DNA of 63,011 nucleotides, counting the filler, from Globobulimina sp. (Eukaryota): NCBI GenBank assembly GCA_003354225.1. It is 42 parts of 42 records of this genome, joined end to end, with 100 filler letters (N's around TTAATTAATTAA, not from the genome) between each part and the next. Parts side by side here need not be neighbours in the genome. Positions count along the whole stretch, not along the records: positions 12,029 to 13,431 come from PIVH01017238.1; positions 13,532 to 14,934 come from PIVH01017239.1; positions 15,035 to 16,437 come from PIVH01017240.1; positions 16,538 to 17,940 come from PIVH01017241.1; positions 18,041 to 19,443 come from PIVH01017242.1; positions 19,544 to 20,946 come from PIVH01017243.1; positions 21,047 to 22,449 come from PIVH01017244.1; positions 22,550 to 23,952 come from PIVH01017245.1; 34 more parts are not named here. The stretch is one strand, 5' to 3'. The notes beneath the pieces are model-generated. The model did no database searches. It had not been told where the DNA came from and saw only the letters and a list, made by a program, of their open reading frames with translations. Both the position numbers and the translations under genes were made by a program. Positions 11,929 to 24,052 of this stretch are shown in pieces. The first letter of the stretch is position 1; every line of letters starts with the position of its first letter.

Positions 11929-12028
11929 NNNNNNNNNNNNNNNNNNNNNNNNNNNNNNNNNNNNNNNNNNNNTTAATTAATTAANNNNNNNNNNNNNNNN
12001 NNNNNNNNNNNNNNNNNNNNNNNNNNNN

Positions 12029-12497
12029 AGAGAGTAATACAAATAATTGGATTTAAAAAATCCCAAACCAATATAGCACCGACATTGTTTGCACTCTCAT
12101 TATCATTTTTAACATATTCAACAATATGCGTTATACCAGCTCCCCACAGAAAAGTAGTCCGTGCAATGATTGCAGGTAAAATGAAATCATACATCCAAAA
12201 TACAGGATAGCCAATAAAACCAATGGCCATATTACTAAATGCCACTTCCATTTGGAATGGAGATTCTGGCCATCCAATCGAGGTTGCAATTTGTGAAGAT
12301 GCTGATAAATGAATAATGCCTGAACTGATTGAACCAAATCCAGAAATACCAACGGTGTTTATCAGTATAATATATATAATTCTCTCCCGTTTTCTATCTT
12401 GTTTGTTGGTGCAAAATATAGCTATTAAACTAAATATAATAATGGAACATGATATTACATATACATTCAATCCTGGGACATCTAACAAAGCGCCCAT
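12029..12497 (-). CDS. DUF6790-like small multi-pass membrane protein, 3' partial
   Basis: H...IATSIGWPESPFQMEVAFSNMAIG...FLWGAGITHI...NNVGAILVWDFLNP matches a mostly prokaryotic family motif. Confidence 0.7.
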
Positions 12498-12564
12498 TTA
12501 AGTTTTAAATTTTAAGTTTAACTCAAGCTGTATTTTGCAACTAGAAAATCGTATATTTAAAATC

Positions 12565-13431
12565 ATGGAAGTCCATGGAAGTGATGACGAAATTGAAGCC
12601 AACCTTCAAATCCAAATGACAGGACCTGATATTATTAGCGTCAAAAGTGAAGTGAGTGTCAGTGCGGATTCACAACAAGCTTTATCATCCAACAAAAGCG
12701 AGGAAATCACATTAGACGCTTTATCCAAACAAATCAGTGCATTAATCAGAAAACAAAATATCGAAAAATTTAAAAAAACATATGATCCATCAAGCAAACC
12801 ATTGAAATGTGTTAAATGTGATTTTAAACGAATCATTGATATCGGTGTGCCTATTTTTGTTCTAATATTGGTAATTATTGCAGCAGCCTCTCGTACTGAA
12901 CGTGACACAGTCACCTCCGATACAGAAATATGTGAAACAGTTTCCGTAATTCATAATTCCACCGATAGTACGACAACAAATACATATTCTGCTTGTTATA
13001 CACATTTAAATGATGGATTATCAAACCAGAATCCAGTATCCTTTGGGTGGAAAATAGTCTTATCAATGATCCCATTTATCTGTGTTTTCCAAGGTGTGTT
13101 AGCCTATAATTTATCATCTCGATATGTAGCGCCATTTACATTGTTGGTAACAATTATTTTGGGCCTTTCCTTTTTTGAAGATGAAGGTTGGTGGATTGAG
13201 TCCAATGGGAAACAATCAAACATTGTTTCTGTGAGCGGCCTGCTATTTATCACCATCGTTGACCGCACCATATGGACCATATTCGAGTATGCATTCAATG
13301 TATTCACTTCATTTTTTTTCCTGCGCGTATTAGAGTTATGGGGCATCATTGATATGATGCGAACCGAGTTCGAGTCGATGTGTAGCAGCAATAACAGAAA
13401 GGTGACATTAATATTATTTTGTTTTGCTATC
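12565..13431 (+). CDS. L-lactate permease (LctP/LldP family)-like transporter with N-terminal extension, 3' partial
   Basis: LSMIPF...VAPFTLLVTIILGL...FFFLRVLELWGIIDMMRTEFESMCSSNNRKVTLILFCFA aligns by eye to LctP [38 protein letters not shown]. Confidence 0.65.
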
Positions 13432-13543
13432 NNNNNNNNNNNNNNNNNNNNNNNNNNNNNNNNNNNNNNNNNNNNTTAATTAATTAANNNNNNNNNNNNN
13501 NNNNNNNNNNNNNNNNNNNNNNNNNNNNNNNAAACCTTTGTAC

Positions 13544-14131
13544 CTACATAACGCTCTTATGTTTGATCCACAGTGACAATTTATATTTTATCGTGCCATT
13601 CTCCACAGATTTATTTTCAAATGCAATATCTTCAAATGTAGCAAAAGGGATTGTTCTATCTTTCCTAAAATATTTTAATGCCTTTTGTTTGCAATTTAGT
13701 TCCAATATAATTGTATCATTTTTGCCATATCCAAGACCATCATTCAAAAAAATGGGTTGTGTAAGTTTTGCCTCCATAGAGCCATCACTTGTTAATAAAT
13801 AGCGTTCCTTTGCACAAACTGAGGCAACGCCCAGTCGCATTCTTGTTGTTTGCTTTAGTTTGATAGTCCATTGATACTTTATATTTTTATTTAAATCAAA
13901 GCCAATATCTATGGCGTGAGATCCATGATAAACGTGCCAATCATGTGCATAAAGTAAAAAACAGCGTATTTCCACCAATGATTCATATTGATTGTAAAAT
14001 GAGATACAAAGTTGAATTACATCATCAGGAATATTAAAAAACATCTGCCATTGACTAATATATCCAAATAAAAGCATCTTGGTTTTCTGATCTGCATTTG
14101 TCGGTATTATAATCAGTGGTGCAGCAGACAT
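13544..14131 (-). CDS. Hypothetical protein with SPRY/B30.2-like beta domain
   Basis: LLFGYI...IPDDVIQLCISFY N-terminus; YQWTIK..MRLGV..YGKNDTIILELN pattern. Confidence 0.5.
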   Translation of the reverse strand: MSAAPLIIIPTNADQKTKMLLFGYISQWQMFFNIPDDVIQLCISFYNQYESLVEIRCFLLYAHDWHVYHGSHAIDIGFDLNKNIKYQWTIKLKQTTRMRLGVASVCAKERYLLTSDGSMEAKLTQPIFLNDGLGYGKNDTIILELNCKQKALKYFRKDRTIPFATFEDIAFENKSVENGTIKYKLSLWIKHKSVM

Positions 14132-14521
14132 GAAACTGAAAAAATTATGAATTAAGTAAACTGAAAAACCATGCGTTTTGTAGTGAAATTGCATCCTGTG
14201 CAGCATCAACAGTTAGTTATGATTATAAATACTGTATAATATATATATTAAATTTAATTAAAATTGTCGAATATTGTACATATCACATCCATAAAATTAA
14301 CAATAAACAACTATTAATAAGACTTATGGCCAAAGAAAGATGGCCAGAACACAAAATAAAAAACTACATGAATTAAACATAAAGAACATATAGATTTAGA
14401 TCTAAATCTAAATCTAAACAATATATAAACTATAAAGTCACTAACAATTAATCACAAAACAATACGTGATATAAATGTATTTACAAGAAAGTGTTCCTCG
14501 ACTTTTATCCAACAATCTTTG

Positions 14522-14934
14522 TCATACATAATTATCATTATTGATCATTTCCTTTTTATATCGTTTTATATCCTGTTTTGCCATTTTAATCTCATTTTTA
14601 TCCAACAATTTATTCTTTGATCCCATATCTTTTCTAATATCATGAGGTTGGACCAGTAATCCCTTCCCATCTCTGCACTTAAAATAACATTTTCCTTTAA
14701 TACTTCCATTATGTTCGCCATCGCCAACTTCAATCATCAAACCAATACAATCTCTTCCTCGATATTTACAAACACCAATCCTGCCATCAAATAATTTATA
14801 TCTATTATTAATGCGTATGTCCTTTTTAATCTTTTTCGACCTTTTTTTTTTCCTTTTTGTCCTTTTTTCATCCATCTCATGATCGGAAAAAATGGCTTTT
14901 AATTTAGGTTTGTTTTTTTTCTCAAGTTCCAATT
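14522..14934 (-). CDS. CAP-Gly domain protein, C-terminal part
   Basis: GRIGVCKYRG..IGL...GEHNGSIKGKCYFKC...GLLV. Confidence 0.85.
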
Positions 14935-15034
14935 NNNNNNNNNNNNNNNNNNNNNNNNNNNNNNNNNNNNNNNNNNNNTTAATTAATTAANNNNNNNNNN
15001 NNNNNNNNNNNNNNNNNNNNNNNNNNNNNNNNNN

Positions 15035-15556
15035 TAAAATATCCAATGGTTTATATCCAATACAACAACATTGACAAACATTTTGATAAAACAATGCATT
15101 GAAAATATAACTAAAGAAAACATTTGTTTTACTGATGATTTGTCGATTGATTTCCGATTGAAATAATTCATAAAGATTCAATATTTGAATGTTAAATTGT
15201 AAATGTTCTGTTGTTGATGATTTGATCAACTTTTCGTTACTGCACGTTGACAAATCCATGTCGTCATTTTTCAAATATGATTTCATACTTAAATTCGTCC
15301 TTGTTATTAATTTCTCGTATTTACATTTTTGAGACATTAATGCTGTCCTAAATTTTGTTTTTTGTATAGTGGTGAATGGTGGGTTGTTTTCGTGTAAATA
15401 TAATTCCATTTCGGCAATCAGTTCGTCAATATCTTGGTTATTTAGCATTACTAATGATTCCAGAGAGTCAAACTCCATCTCGACCAATGCTGAATATATA
15501 CTGGATAATGACAAATCTTGTAACCATTGTTTCAAAGCTGGCAAAGATTGTAGCAT
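15035..15556 (-). CDS. SAM-domain protein, partial
   Basis: LKQWLQDLSLSSIYSALVEMEFDSLESLVMLNNQDIDEL. Confidence 0.65.
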
Positions 15557-15657
15557 TGTCTGTCAAAATGAAGCCCCGACCAGCGGTTTTTTTAGCAGTC
15601 CCACATCATGTCACATGGTCAAAATTAGTGAACAGTAATCACTAAATATACAATAAA

Positions 15658-16437
15658 ATGTCCACTGCACATGTTGCTCGTCGTAATTACGATCGCAGCA
15701 ATATCAAGTCTCAACATCATAGACCTCAAAACGGCTTCAAACTGAGCAATAATAGTTACACTGACTACACGTTCAAACAATACCTACCAACAACATCTGA
15801 TAGAAATGGATTTTACAAAACAACAGCAACGACCGCATCATATAAACAAGACGACGTAGATTCAGACACATTGGACGATATGGAATCGCAATCACCAACA
15901 CATCCATCCATGAATTATCCGCATCCGAACCAATCTGTACGGCACAGATTAACCAAAGCAAACACATCCAACATAAAAAATAAAAACAGATATTATAGGC
16001 GCAATTTTAAAAAGTTTGCCACTAAAAAGAAATATAAACATAAATATAAGAAAGCAAAAAAACCAGATTATACATTGAAAATAATCGCAGCCATATTATT
16101 GTTTGTGATTACTGTTTCTGTCTACTATTTTTATGGTGATTTATTAACCTTTACTGCTTTAAAAGAAAATCATCATTCAATCATACAATTTATTGATAAA
16201 TATCCCAAATACTCACCGTTTGTATTCATACTCTTTGAATGTGTCGTTGTGGGCTTAACCATTCCCGGCGCCACGGTCCTATCCATGGCCGCTGGTATGT
16301 TTATATCCAATGCATTCAAACTCATTTTTGCTACCAATAAAAAATAGCCTCAAATGCAATGTTTTTTATATTGAATATTGACATAAATCCAAACTGTTTT
16401 TTGTTGTATGTCAAGGACTATTTTTCCGTCAACCATT
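15658..16437 (+). CDS. TVP38/TMEM64 (VTT/DedA) membrane protein; intron from 16295; partial
   Basis: LTFTALKENH...FILFECVVVGLTIPGATVLSMAAG. Confidence 0.85.
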
Positions 16438-16582
16438 NNNNNNNNNNNNNNNNNNNNNNNNNNNNNNNNNNNNNNNNNNNNTTAATTAATTAANNNNNNN
16501 NNNNNNNNNNNNNNNNNNNNNNNNNNNNNNNNNNNNNTATGTCTTTTATGATTTACATATTGCATCCATAAATTCCATATAA

Positions 16583-17833
16583 TTATTTTTTTTGTGTTAT
16601 GATATCTATATTGTTATCATTATATATCTCAATAAGTTGGACATTTGGACATAGTAAATAAACCATGTCCAATTTAGGTAAACCGAATAACTGATAAAAA
16701 AATGATCTATTTTTACAATTCTTATTTATAATTAATTTTTTACGATTAAAAAAATAAACATCAATAAGGTGCTGTCCATAAAGTGGTAAACACGATTTAT
16801 TCCATGTTTTATTAACTTGACTCGTTACAATGGCTTTAATGCTTTCTTCCATAGTTTTTGACACAGCTTTTTCATATTTTATTTCACATATCATCTCATC
16901 AATAATTTGCAAAAAAAATAAAACATTTCTATACTCAAAACCATTGGTCAAGTCACATACATTCGCAATTTTCAATGTGTGATAATTTTGAATAAATAAA
17001 CATTCAGATTCGTTAAAATCCGATAACCAGTTCAGACTGAAATATTTAACTTGCTGTAATTCTCCGCCACCTTGAAATTCAAACACGAGCCCTTTACTAT
17101 GAGATGCAAAATTAGCCGCAACCGCCAACGATGACGACGTCGATAATGGACAATATATTTTAATATCTGTGATGATCGATGGTAGCAATAATTGTTGACT
17201 GATTCCATGATAAAATGATTTAATTTTGCCATGTCTGATTTCGGTACCAAATTCTTTTACTGCTTTCTTTAACCATTTGGCCCAATGATAGAAGTTATTA
17301 TGATCCTTTTTTGTAATGACACTAGTTTTAATTTGCAAAAACAAAAACTTTTGTGTTTTTAAAATAACTTTTTTGGTGTTAAAATGTACACAAATTTCAG
17401 AAACAGGCTCAAAAGAGAAATGCATAATTAATACCTTAATTATATTGTTATCCCGATATGTTTTGCTGAATGCACATTGCAATGATGTATAATCACAATA
17501 CAACATCAATGCCAATATATGTTCACTTTTCATATCGGCATAAAATTCTCTTCTATGTTGACTATTAAATTTGATTCTGGCTTTTTCCAATTCAATCTCG
17601 AACTGTTTAATACTAATACAACTTATTGGGTTATTTAATAATTCTTCTCTAAGATCTCCGTATTTCTTTCGAACGGTAACACTGATTTCATGGTGTTCTG
17701 AATCGTACCAATAATTAATTTGTTGACCAAAACTATAAGTTCCAAATGTTTTTTTTTCTCTGTTCTGCAATTCAGCTAAAACATGTTTGCATCGCTTACG
17801 TTTGGCAGATAATAATTTCACAATTCTAAGCAA
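16583..17833 (-). CDS. ADP-ribosyltransferase-fold-like protein; in-frame intron 17306-17434
   Basis: LMLYCD helix, FYHGI, PLSTSSSLAVAANF, SDFNESECLF correspond to the ART R/H - STS - ExE motifs. Confidence 0.6.
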   Translation of the reverse strand: MLRIVKLLSAKRKRCKHVLAELQNREKKTFGTYSFGQQINYWYDSEHHEISVTVRKKYGDLREELLNNPISCISIKQFEIELEKARIKFNSQHRREFYADMKSEHILALMLYCDYTSLQCAFSKTYRDNNIIKVLIMHFSFEPVSEICVHFNTKKVILKTQKFLFLQIKTSVITKKDHNNFYHWAKWLKKAVKEFGTEIRHGKIKSFYHGISQQLLLPSIITDIKIYCPLSTSSSLAVAANFASHSKGLVFEFQGGGELQQVKYFSLNWLSDFNESECLFIQNYHTLKIANVCDLTNGFEYRNVLFFLQIIDEMICEIKYEKAVSKTMEESIKAIVTSQVNKTWNKSCLPLYGQHLIDVYFFNRKKLIINKNCKNRSFFYQLFGLPKLDMVYLLCPNVQLIEIYNDNNIDIITQKK

Positions 17834-18040
17834 TTGCTTGTTTTTACCATAAAATCGTAAACAATCTGTTGTTTGTTGTTCAATTAACGCTATGTATGTA
17901 CATATATAGTTGGAAACGTTGGGAAATTAACTGTTTTTTCNNNNNNNNNNNNNNNNNNNNNNNNNNNNNNNNNNNNNNNNNNNNTTAATTAATTAANNNN
18001 NNNNNNNNNNNNNNNNNNNNNNNNNNNNNNNNNNNNNNNN

Positions 18041-18314
18041 ATCAAGATTTATATTAAATACTGTTGGCAATCAATTAAATACCGACGGTTCGCATAAATT
18101 GGCGTTTGCCATCGCGAATTATGTGACCAGTGATAAAATCACTGAAAAGAAAAATTTTGATCCGCATTATATGCAATTTTTATATAATTCATTGGGACTG
18201 TTTTGGAAATTAAATGATACCGTCGGTTTAACTGAAATAACGGACTCAGATGACCAAGAATTGACAGATGATGACAATAATGAGGCATTAACTATTAGTA
18301 TGAATGAGAATTAA
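18041..18314 (+). CDS. 3' end of a hypothetical protein
   Basis: Frame open from the contig edge to a stop, followed by an AT-rich UTR-like stretch. Confidence 0.4.
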
Positions 18315-18493
18315 GAGTTTATTCAATGTTTGAAACTGTTATATTATGTTTTATGTGCGTTTGACTTTCTTTCTTTATTATTATTTTAAATTAAAAAACG
18401 TGTGTTTGTTGATCGGATTTACACTTTTGCTACATTTTTAGTAACGACATTTAGTCTTTTTGCTACATTTTCATGGGGACAGCAGTTTCAAAT

Positions 18494-19443
18494 ATGGATG
18501 ATAATAAAAATGATTCTAAAAACAATACAAACGGTACGTACACTTATTTGCAACTTATTTCAATTGGCAGCTTAAACTTGTTTCAATCCACATAACTGCA
18601 GATGTTAAAGACGAAAAAGAAGAAGAAGTTGATGTTCCTCGTTATGTGATAAATTGCTCCGCAGACTCACGAGAACCGAAATTTTTCGAATCAACATCAA
18701 TATACAAATTATTACGGTCAGTGGTGAAAAGAGAAAAAGTATTTGGATATGGGTTTGAGGTTTATGATAATGACAAAGGATTCGAAACAGCAGAAATTTC
18801 ATTCCGAGGGGTTAAAAATCATTTAATTGTAGCATTACATTATGCATTTAGGAATCATTTACCATTCCAACTCCGACCAGATGATATTTGGATTATTATA
18901 GCACAAGGAATTGCAGCACACATTGCTCAAAATGCGGAAAAATTAAGGAAAACATTTGTTGATTTTGATGGCAAGAAAGAGATTGAAGTACGGGATGATT
19001 CATTAAAAATAAATTCACAACACAATGACTGGTCGTTTGTATTGAAACAATTCGACAAAGGCTGTCGCGAATTAACCAATAATGATATCGTAAACTTGAT
19101 GACTTGTAATTTCAGCACAACTTCGGTCGCAACTGAAACAGCCTCAAAATGTGTATTATTCAAAGCAATGAGCGAATATATAAATTTTAGTACAAATACA
19201 ATGTCTGGTATACCACAAATATCATTGGTTGGATCAGTTGACGATTGGAAGAAACTTGAAGCAAAATGTAAACAATTAAAAGCAATGAATATCGGATTGG
19301 TAGCTTGGTTGAAGCATTTACTACCACTCATTGGTAATATTACAGAAACAGCAGAGGTGTTAAGTCGTGGTAAAACGTTAAAAAAGAAATTAAAATGTTT
19401 CTGGGATTCTATTTATACGTTTCAAAGTAATTCAGGCGGCGAT
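18494..19443 (+). CDS. DUF4419 family protein; intron about 18533-18601; partial
   Basis: AFRNHLPFQLRPDDIWIIIAQGIAAHI..NAEKLRKTFVDFDGKKEIEV...GIPQISLVGSVDDW. Confidence 0.9.
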
Positions 19444-19543
19444 NNNNNNNNNNNNNNNNNNNNNNNNNNNNNNNNNNNNNNNNNNNNTTAATTAATTAAN
19501 NNNNNNNNNNNNNNNNNNNNNNNNNNNNNNNNNNNNNNNNNNN

Positions 19544-20946
19544 AGTATCAACATAATATTTTTTCCCATTTTCGTCGTAGGCACTTTCCCAATGAATAGG
19601 CAATGGCACAGTATCCCAATAACTATCATTTTTATTATCATTATCATTATTAGATTGCATTTCTTTTTCATCGTTATCGATATCCTCCACTTCATTCTCA
19701 TTCTCTTTCTCATTCATTTTAAATTTATCTGTAATAACTTCCATTTGCGGAACCATACGTTTTCCCGGTTTTATACTATGATAACGAACATAGGACAAAA
19801 ATTGCTGTGGAATTTCCATTAACGTTTCCTTAGATAAACCAGTTAAATTATTCAAATATTTATTGATTGCCACAAATTGAACAATATCACGTTTTGCTGG
19901 TTGTCCTCTGGAATTACTTAAATTATATTTATCCCCATCCAATTCACCCATCATTCCAAAGTCTGCATTGCCAACACCAACAATAATAAGCGAAAGCGGC
20001 AAATATTCATTCGAAATTGCAACAATTTCATTCTTTGTTTGCTTCATATCAGTGATAACCCCATCTGTTATTATTAGCAATATAAAATACTGAATCTTAT
20101 TATTGACAACATCCGAAATTGTATTCTGATGTGCAATGCGTGCGATCATTTTTGCTTTTTCTATTATCGGAGCAAACAATGTCGGCCCAGACAGTGCAAA
20201 TATTTGCCTCTTTATCGCCGAAACATACGCCTCTTCGATGCCAATTATACCCTCCACCTCGGGATCATGAATCTGAAAATTTAAATTAAAAGCATGCTTC
20301 ACTCCATTCCAATATTCTTGACCTGTACAAAATATGTACACCACGTCTGTATACAGCGCAATATTGAAATTAAAAAGTATCATACCTCCAACTAATACAT
20401 TATTAAAATTGGCGCCAAAGCCCCAAACTGGATATTTTTGATCAGTGTCATACTCGGATAATATATTCCCAATTTGCCGAATTGCATTCTGATACGGCGA
20501 GGGTTGCCTTTCTGTGAAATAATGCAATGATTTATGATCGCGAGGGTCCCCATTACTGCCCGTAAAATCCATGGCGACCATCAACGACATATCTAATGTC
20601 CCCTGCATATACTCCAAAAACGAGGACAAATTCATCGCAGCATACTGCTCAATATTTAATTCACCGTAACAGCGATTCTTGCTTCGTTTCGAATTTAACC
20701 TTTTAATTTTCAAACCTTTTGGTTTAGTGCGCAACTCATTTAACGAGGTTTGCACAGAGCCAATGTAATCATCACGGCCATCGGAGTCCCAATCATAAAT
20801 TGATATTAATATTGGCCGATATGCATCATTGTTGCATAAGGTTTGCGTTTCGATTTTAAATGCTTTCCAAACCGGGTTTAAATTGCGTTTAATATAATTT
20901 TTCCTGTTGCCATAGACAGGAATCTTTTTGTTATCCAGATACACCT
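19544..20946 (-). CDS. Copine (C2 + vWA) with C-terminal WW domain; in-frame intron about 20324-20383; partial
   Basis: VAMDFTGSNGDP..SLHY, YFILLIITDGVITD, RDIVQFV; LPIHWESAYDENGKKYYVD. Confidence 0.93.
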
Positions 20947-21598
20947 NNNNNNNNNNNNNNNNNNNNNNNNNNNNNNNNNNNNNNNNNNNNTTAATTAATT
21001 AANNNNNNNNNNNNNNNNNNNNNNNNNNNNNNNNNNNNNNNNNNNNGTGCTCTTTCAATGCGCGTCTTATGCTCATTTATCAAGTGTAAAATTACTATGT
21101 AGTTATTTAATCGGCGCCCATTAGATGAGGTAAAAATACAGGTAAGAAAGATAAATAATACTGCATGTTCCCTGCTTTTACTGCTATTAAGACAGGGGTA
21201 GCTAAAACTTTGAAAAAATCACCAAGCTGTGTATATCAGACAGTATCATTTTAGATTCCATTACAATTCCTAAGTGGCTGAATACTATATGCCATATAGG
21301 CTGCTTAAAATAAGCAGGCTCTAAGGCATAAAAGTAGACAAGCTCCACGAAGAATCATGAATGTGAGCAAAGCTCATTTTTTTATTTTTTCAATACAAAT
21401 CACACATGTACTATTTAACTGTTAATATATTTACATACAAAAAAAGTACACATAGTTGAATACAATAATTTAAACACCTTGGGATTGAACACTGTATACC
21501 TATATACATTTTACTGCATGGATAGTTTCAGCACTGTTTCACTGTTGTGATGGAGTTATCTCTTTTGGTGCTTATTATGGTGATAGATATGGCAAAAA

Positions 21599-22312
21599 TC
21601 AACGGAATCGCCCATTGAGAATGCCTGCGGGTGGTCCTCTTATAATGCGTTGCTCTAGGTTATTACTTTCACTACTTTCGCTCTTTTGACTGCTACTTTC
21701 GCTATTTTGGCTGCTATTACCAGCGAGAGCTTCATTGATGGTGTTGTCGTGGTCAGAAAGCATGTCTATGATAGCTATTTTCCGTTCATGCCAGGCTTTC
21801 TTGTATGCTTCACTTTTGTCATACTGTTCTTCTGCGTTGATGTATTTATTAGCAGTTTGCTGTATTTTAGCATAGAGCTCATTTTCGGACTCCATGTGAT
21901 GTGCATAGTTAATCCGTTCAGAGAGTTGCTCATAAAGTGCTTCCAGAAATGCACTGATATGTGGTTCTTTGAGTAGATCCTGGGCTGTGCGCACATCAGA
22001 ATCTATTTGCATCTCATCGCATGTTTCTTTGATGATAGTATCCCAAGCGTCTGAATCTTCAATGCCTGTCTCCTCTGTGTTACTTGAGTCAGAGCTGTCT
22101 GAGTTAACAGATTCGGCGGGTGATTGGTTGTCATGTTTTCTCGAGTGCTTTGAACCCTCATTAGGATGTTTGAGTTTCTCATGGCGCTTCCTTAGAAAGT
22201 GTCAATAATTATAACCGCCATTTTAATAATAATCATTAATTTTTTTAGTTTAGTACCTATTGTAAGTGGATGCAAAGAAACGGTCACAATAGCTGCACTC
22301 TTTTGGATCCAT
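21599..22312 (-). CDS. C2H2 zinc-finger protein resembling Polinton/Maverick accessory proteins; intron 22191-22256
   Basis: Spliced CSYCDRFFASTYNR|KRHEKLKH, an acidic Ser tract, then LYAKIQQTANKY...YDKSEAYKKAWHERK. Confidence 0.6.
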
Positions 22313-22549
22313 GACAATTTGTTTTGTATGAAAGTGTAAACTGAAATAATTGTTACATATTAGGTGTGTATTCTATTCCAAAATTAGGCGCATTTGTTGA
22401 TCGAGTATCAAGCGAATAAAGAGTATCTCCCTAAAGGTGCGTCAGTTGGNNNNNNNNNNNNNNNNNNNNNNNNNNNNNNNNNNNNNNNNNNNNTTAATTA
22501 ATTAANNNNNNNNNNNNNNNNNNNNNNNNNNNNNNNNNNNNNNNNNNNN

Positions 22550-23952
22550 ATGAATGGCACAAATACATAAATAAATTCGTTCCAGAATATCTCCAAAACC
22601 ATAGAAACAATGAATTGAATGAAAGAAATAAGGACAATGATACACATAATATAATGATTGATAAACAAATCCAGAATAATCGACATAAAATAAAAAATCC
22701 ATCACAAATAAATACAAAAATCCCTTTGGCAAATAACCAATACCAAATACTAAACGATCCCATTCTCAAATATGAAATACGTTCAGTGATCAGTAACCTG
22801 GACACACACAAAGCCTATGGACCCGATAGAATTCACAACCAAATGATAAAGCATGGTGGAGAGACTTTAATTGATTGCCTGCTACCTCTATTCAATAGTT
22901 GCATGGATAAAGGTGTGTTCCCAGGTTACTGGAATTTCTCCCATTTACTTCCAAAGCCAAATAAGGATCATAGTAATCCTAAAAACTACAGACCCATTGC
23001 GATCTCATCTTGTCTTGGCCGAGTTTTTGAAAAAATCTTAGCAAACAGACTCCAACATTTTTGTGTTGCAAACAAAATATTTGATAACTACCAATGTGGT
23101 TTCCAAATTAATCGCTGCTGTGATGATGTCCTTACAACTTTTATTACTGACATACAAACTTCTTTTGATATGGTCAGTGATACTGACGTTGTATTTACAG
23201 ACTTCTCAAAAGCTTATGATAGTGTTTGGCATAATGGATTGCTCTATAAATTAATTAAAAATAATATAAAAGGAAATATATTAAATGTTCTGGCGTCATT
23301 CATTCAGACCAGATTCACAAAAGTAATCGCTAAAAAAGCGGAGTCAAATTGGGTAGCTCAGCCTATTGGCGTACCCCAAGGATCTGCATTGTCCCCAATC
23401 CTCTATATACTCTTTACAAATGATTTTAAAATAAAATTCCCAAATTATGTCCATTTTGCTTGCTTTGCTGATGACACTGCCTTTTGGACCAGTCCTGGTT
23501 CAAAAGACCCAATCCGATATAAATTCCTCCAAAAAGAACTGAACAATTTCAGTGACTGGTGCGATAAATGGCAGCTAATGATAAATCCATCAAAGTGTAC
23601 ATCCATGAACTTTTCCCATGGAAATCCTATAAAATACTATCCTAAATACACTGAAAAAATTGATCCAAATTCAAATAAATCCATAAAACAAAGCAAATAT
23701 CACATTCACGCACTGCCTATTCAGTATGCGCACACAGCCAGATATCTTGGACTGTGGTTTGATGAAAGGCTTAATTTCCATGCCCATTTTGATAAAATAC
23801 GAGCCAAAACAATGCGCAGTTATTGGCGATTATATTTAACTATAAAGTCCGGTATAAAATTATCACCATTATCCATATCAGTTCTCTATAAATCATTGGC
23901 AAGATCCAGAATTGAATATGGATTGACCCATTATTATCCATATGATTCCCAC
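22550..23952 (+). mobile_element. Non-LTR retrotransposon (LINE) reverse transcriptase, internal fragment
   Basis: KAYGPDRI, NYRPIAISSCLGRVFEKI, DFSKAYDSVWH, GVPQGSALSPILY, FADD, YLGLWFD. Confidence 0.95.
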
Positions 23953-24052
23953 NNNNNNNNNNNNNNNNNNNNNNNNNNNNNNNNNNNNNNNNNNNNTTAA
24001 TTAATTAANNNNNNNNNNNNNNNNNNNNNNNNNNNNNNNNNNNNNNNNNNNN

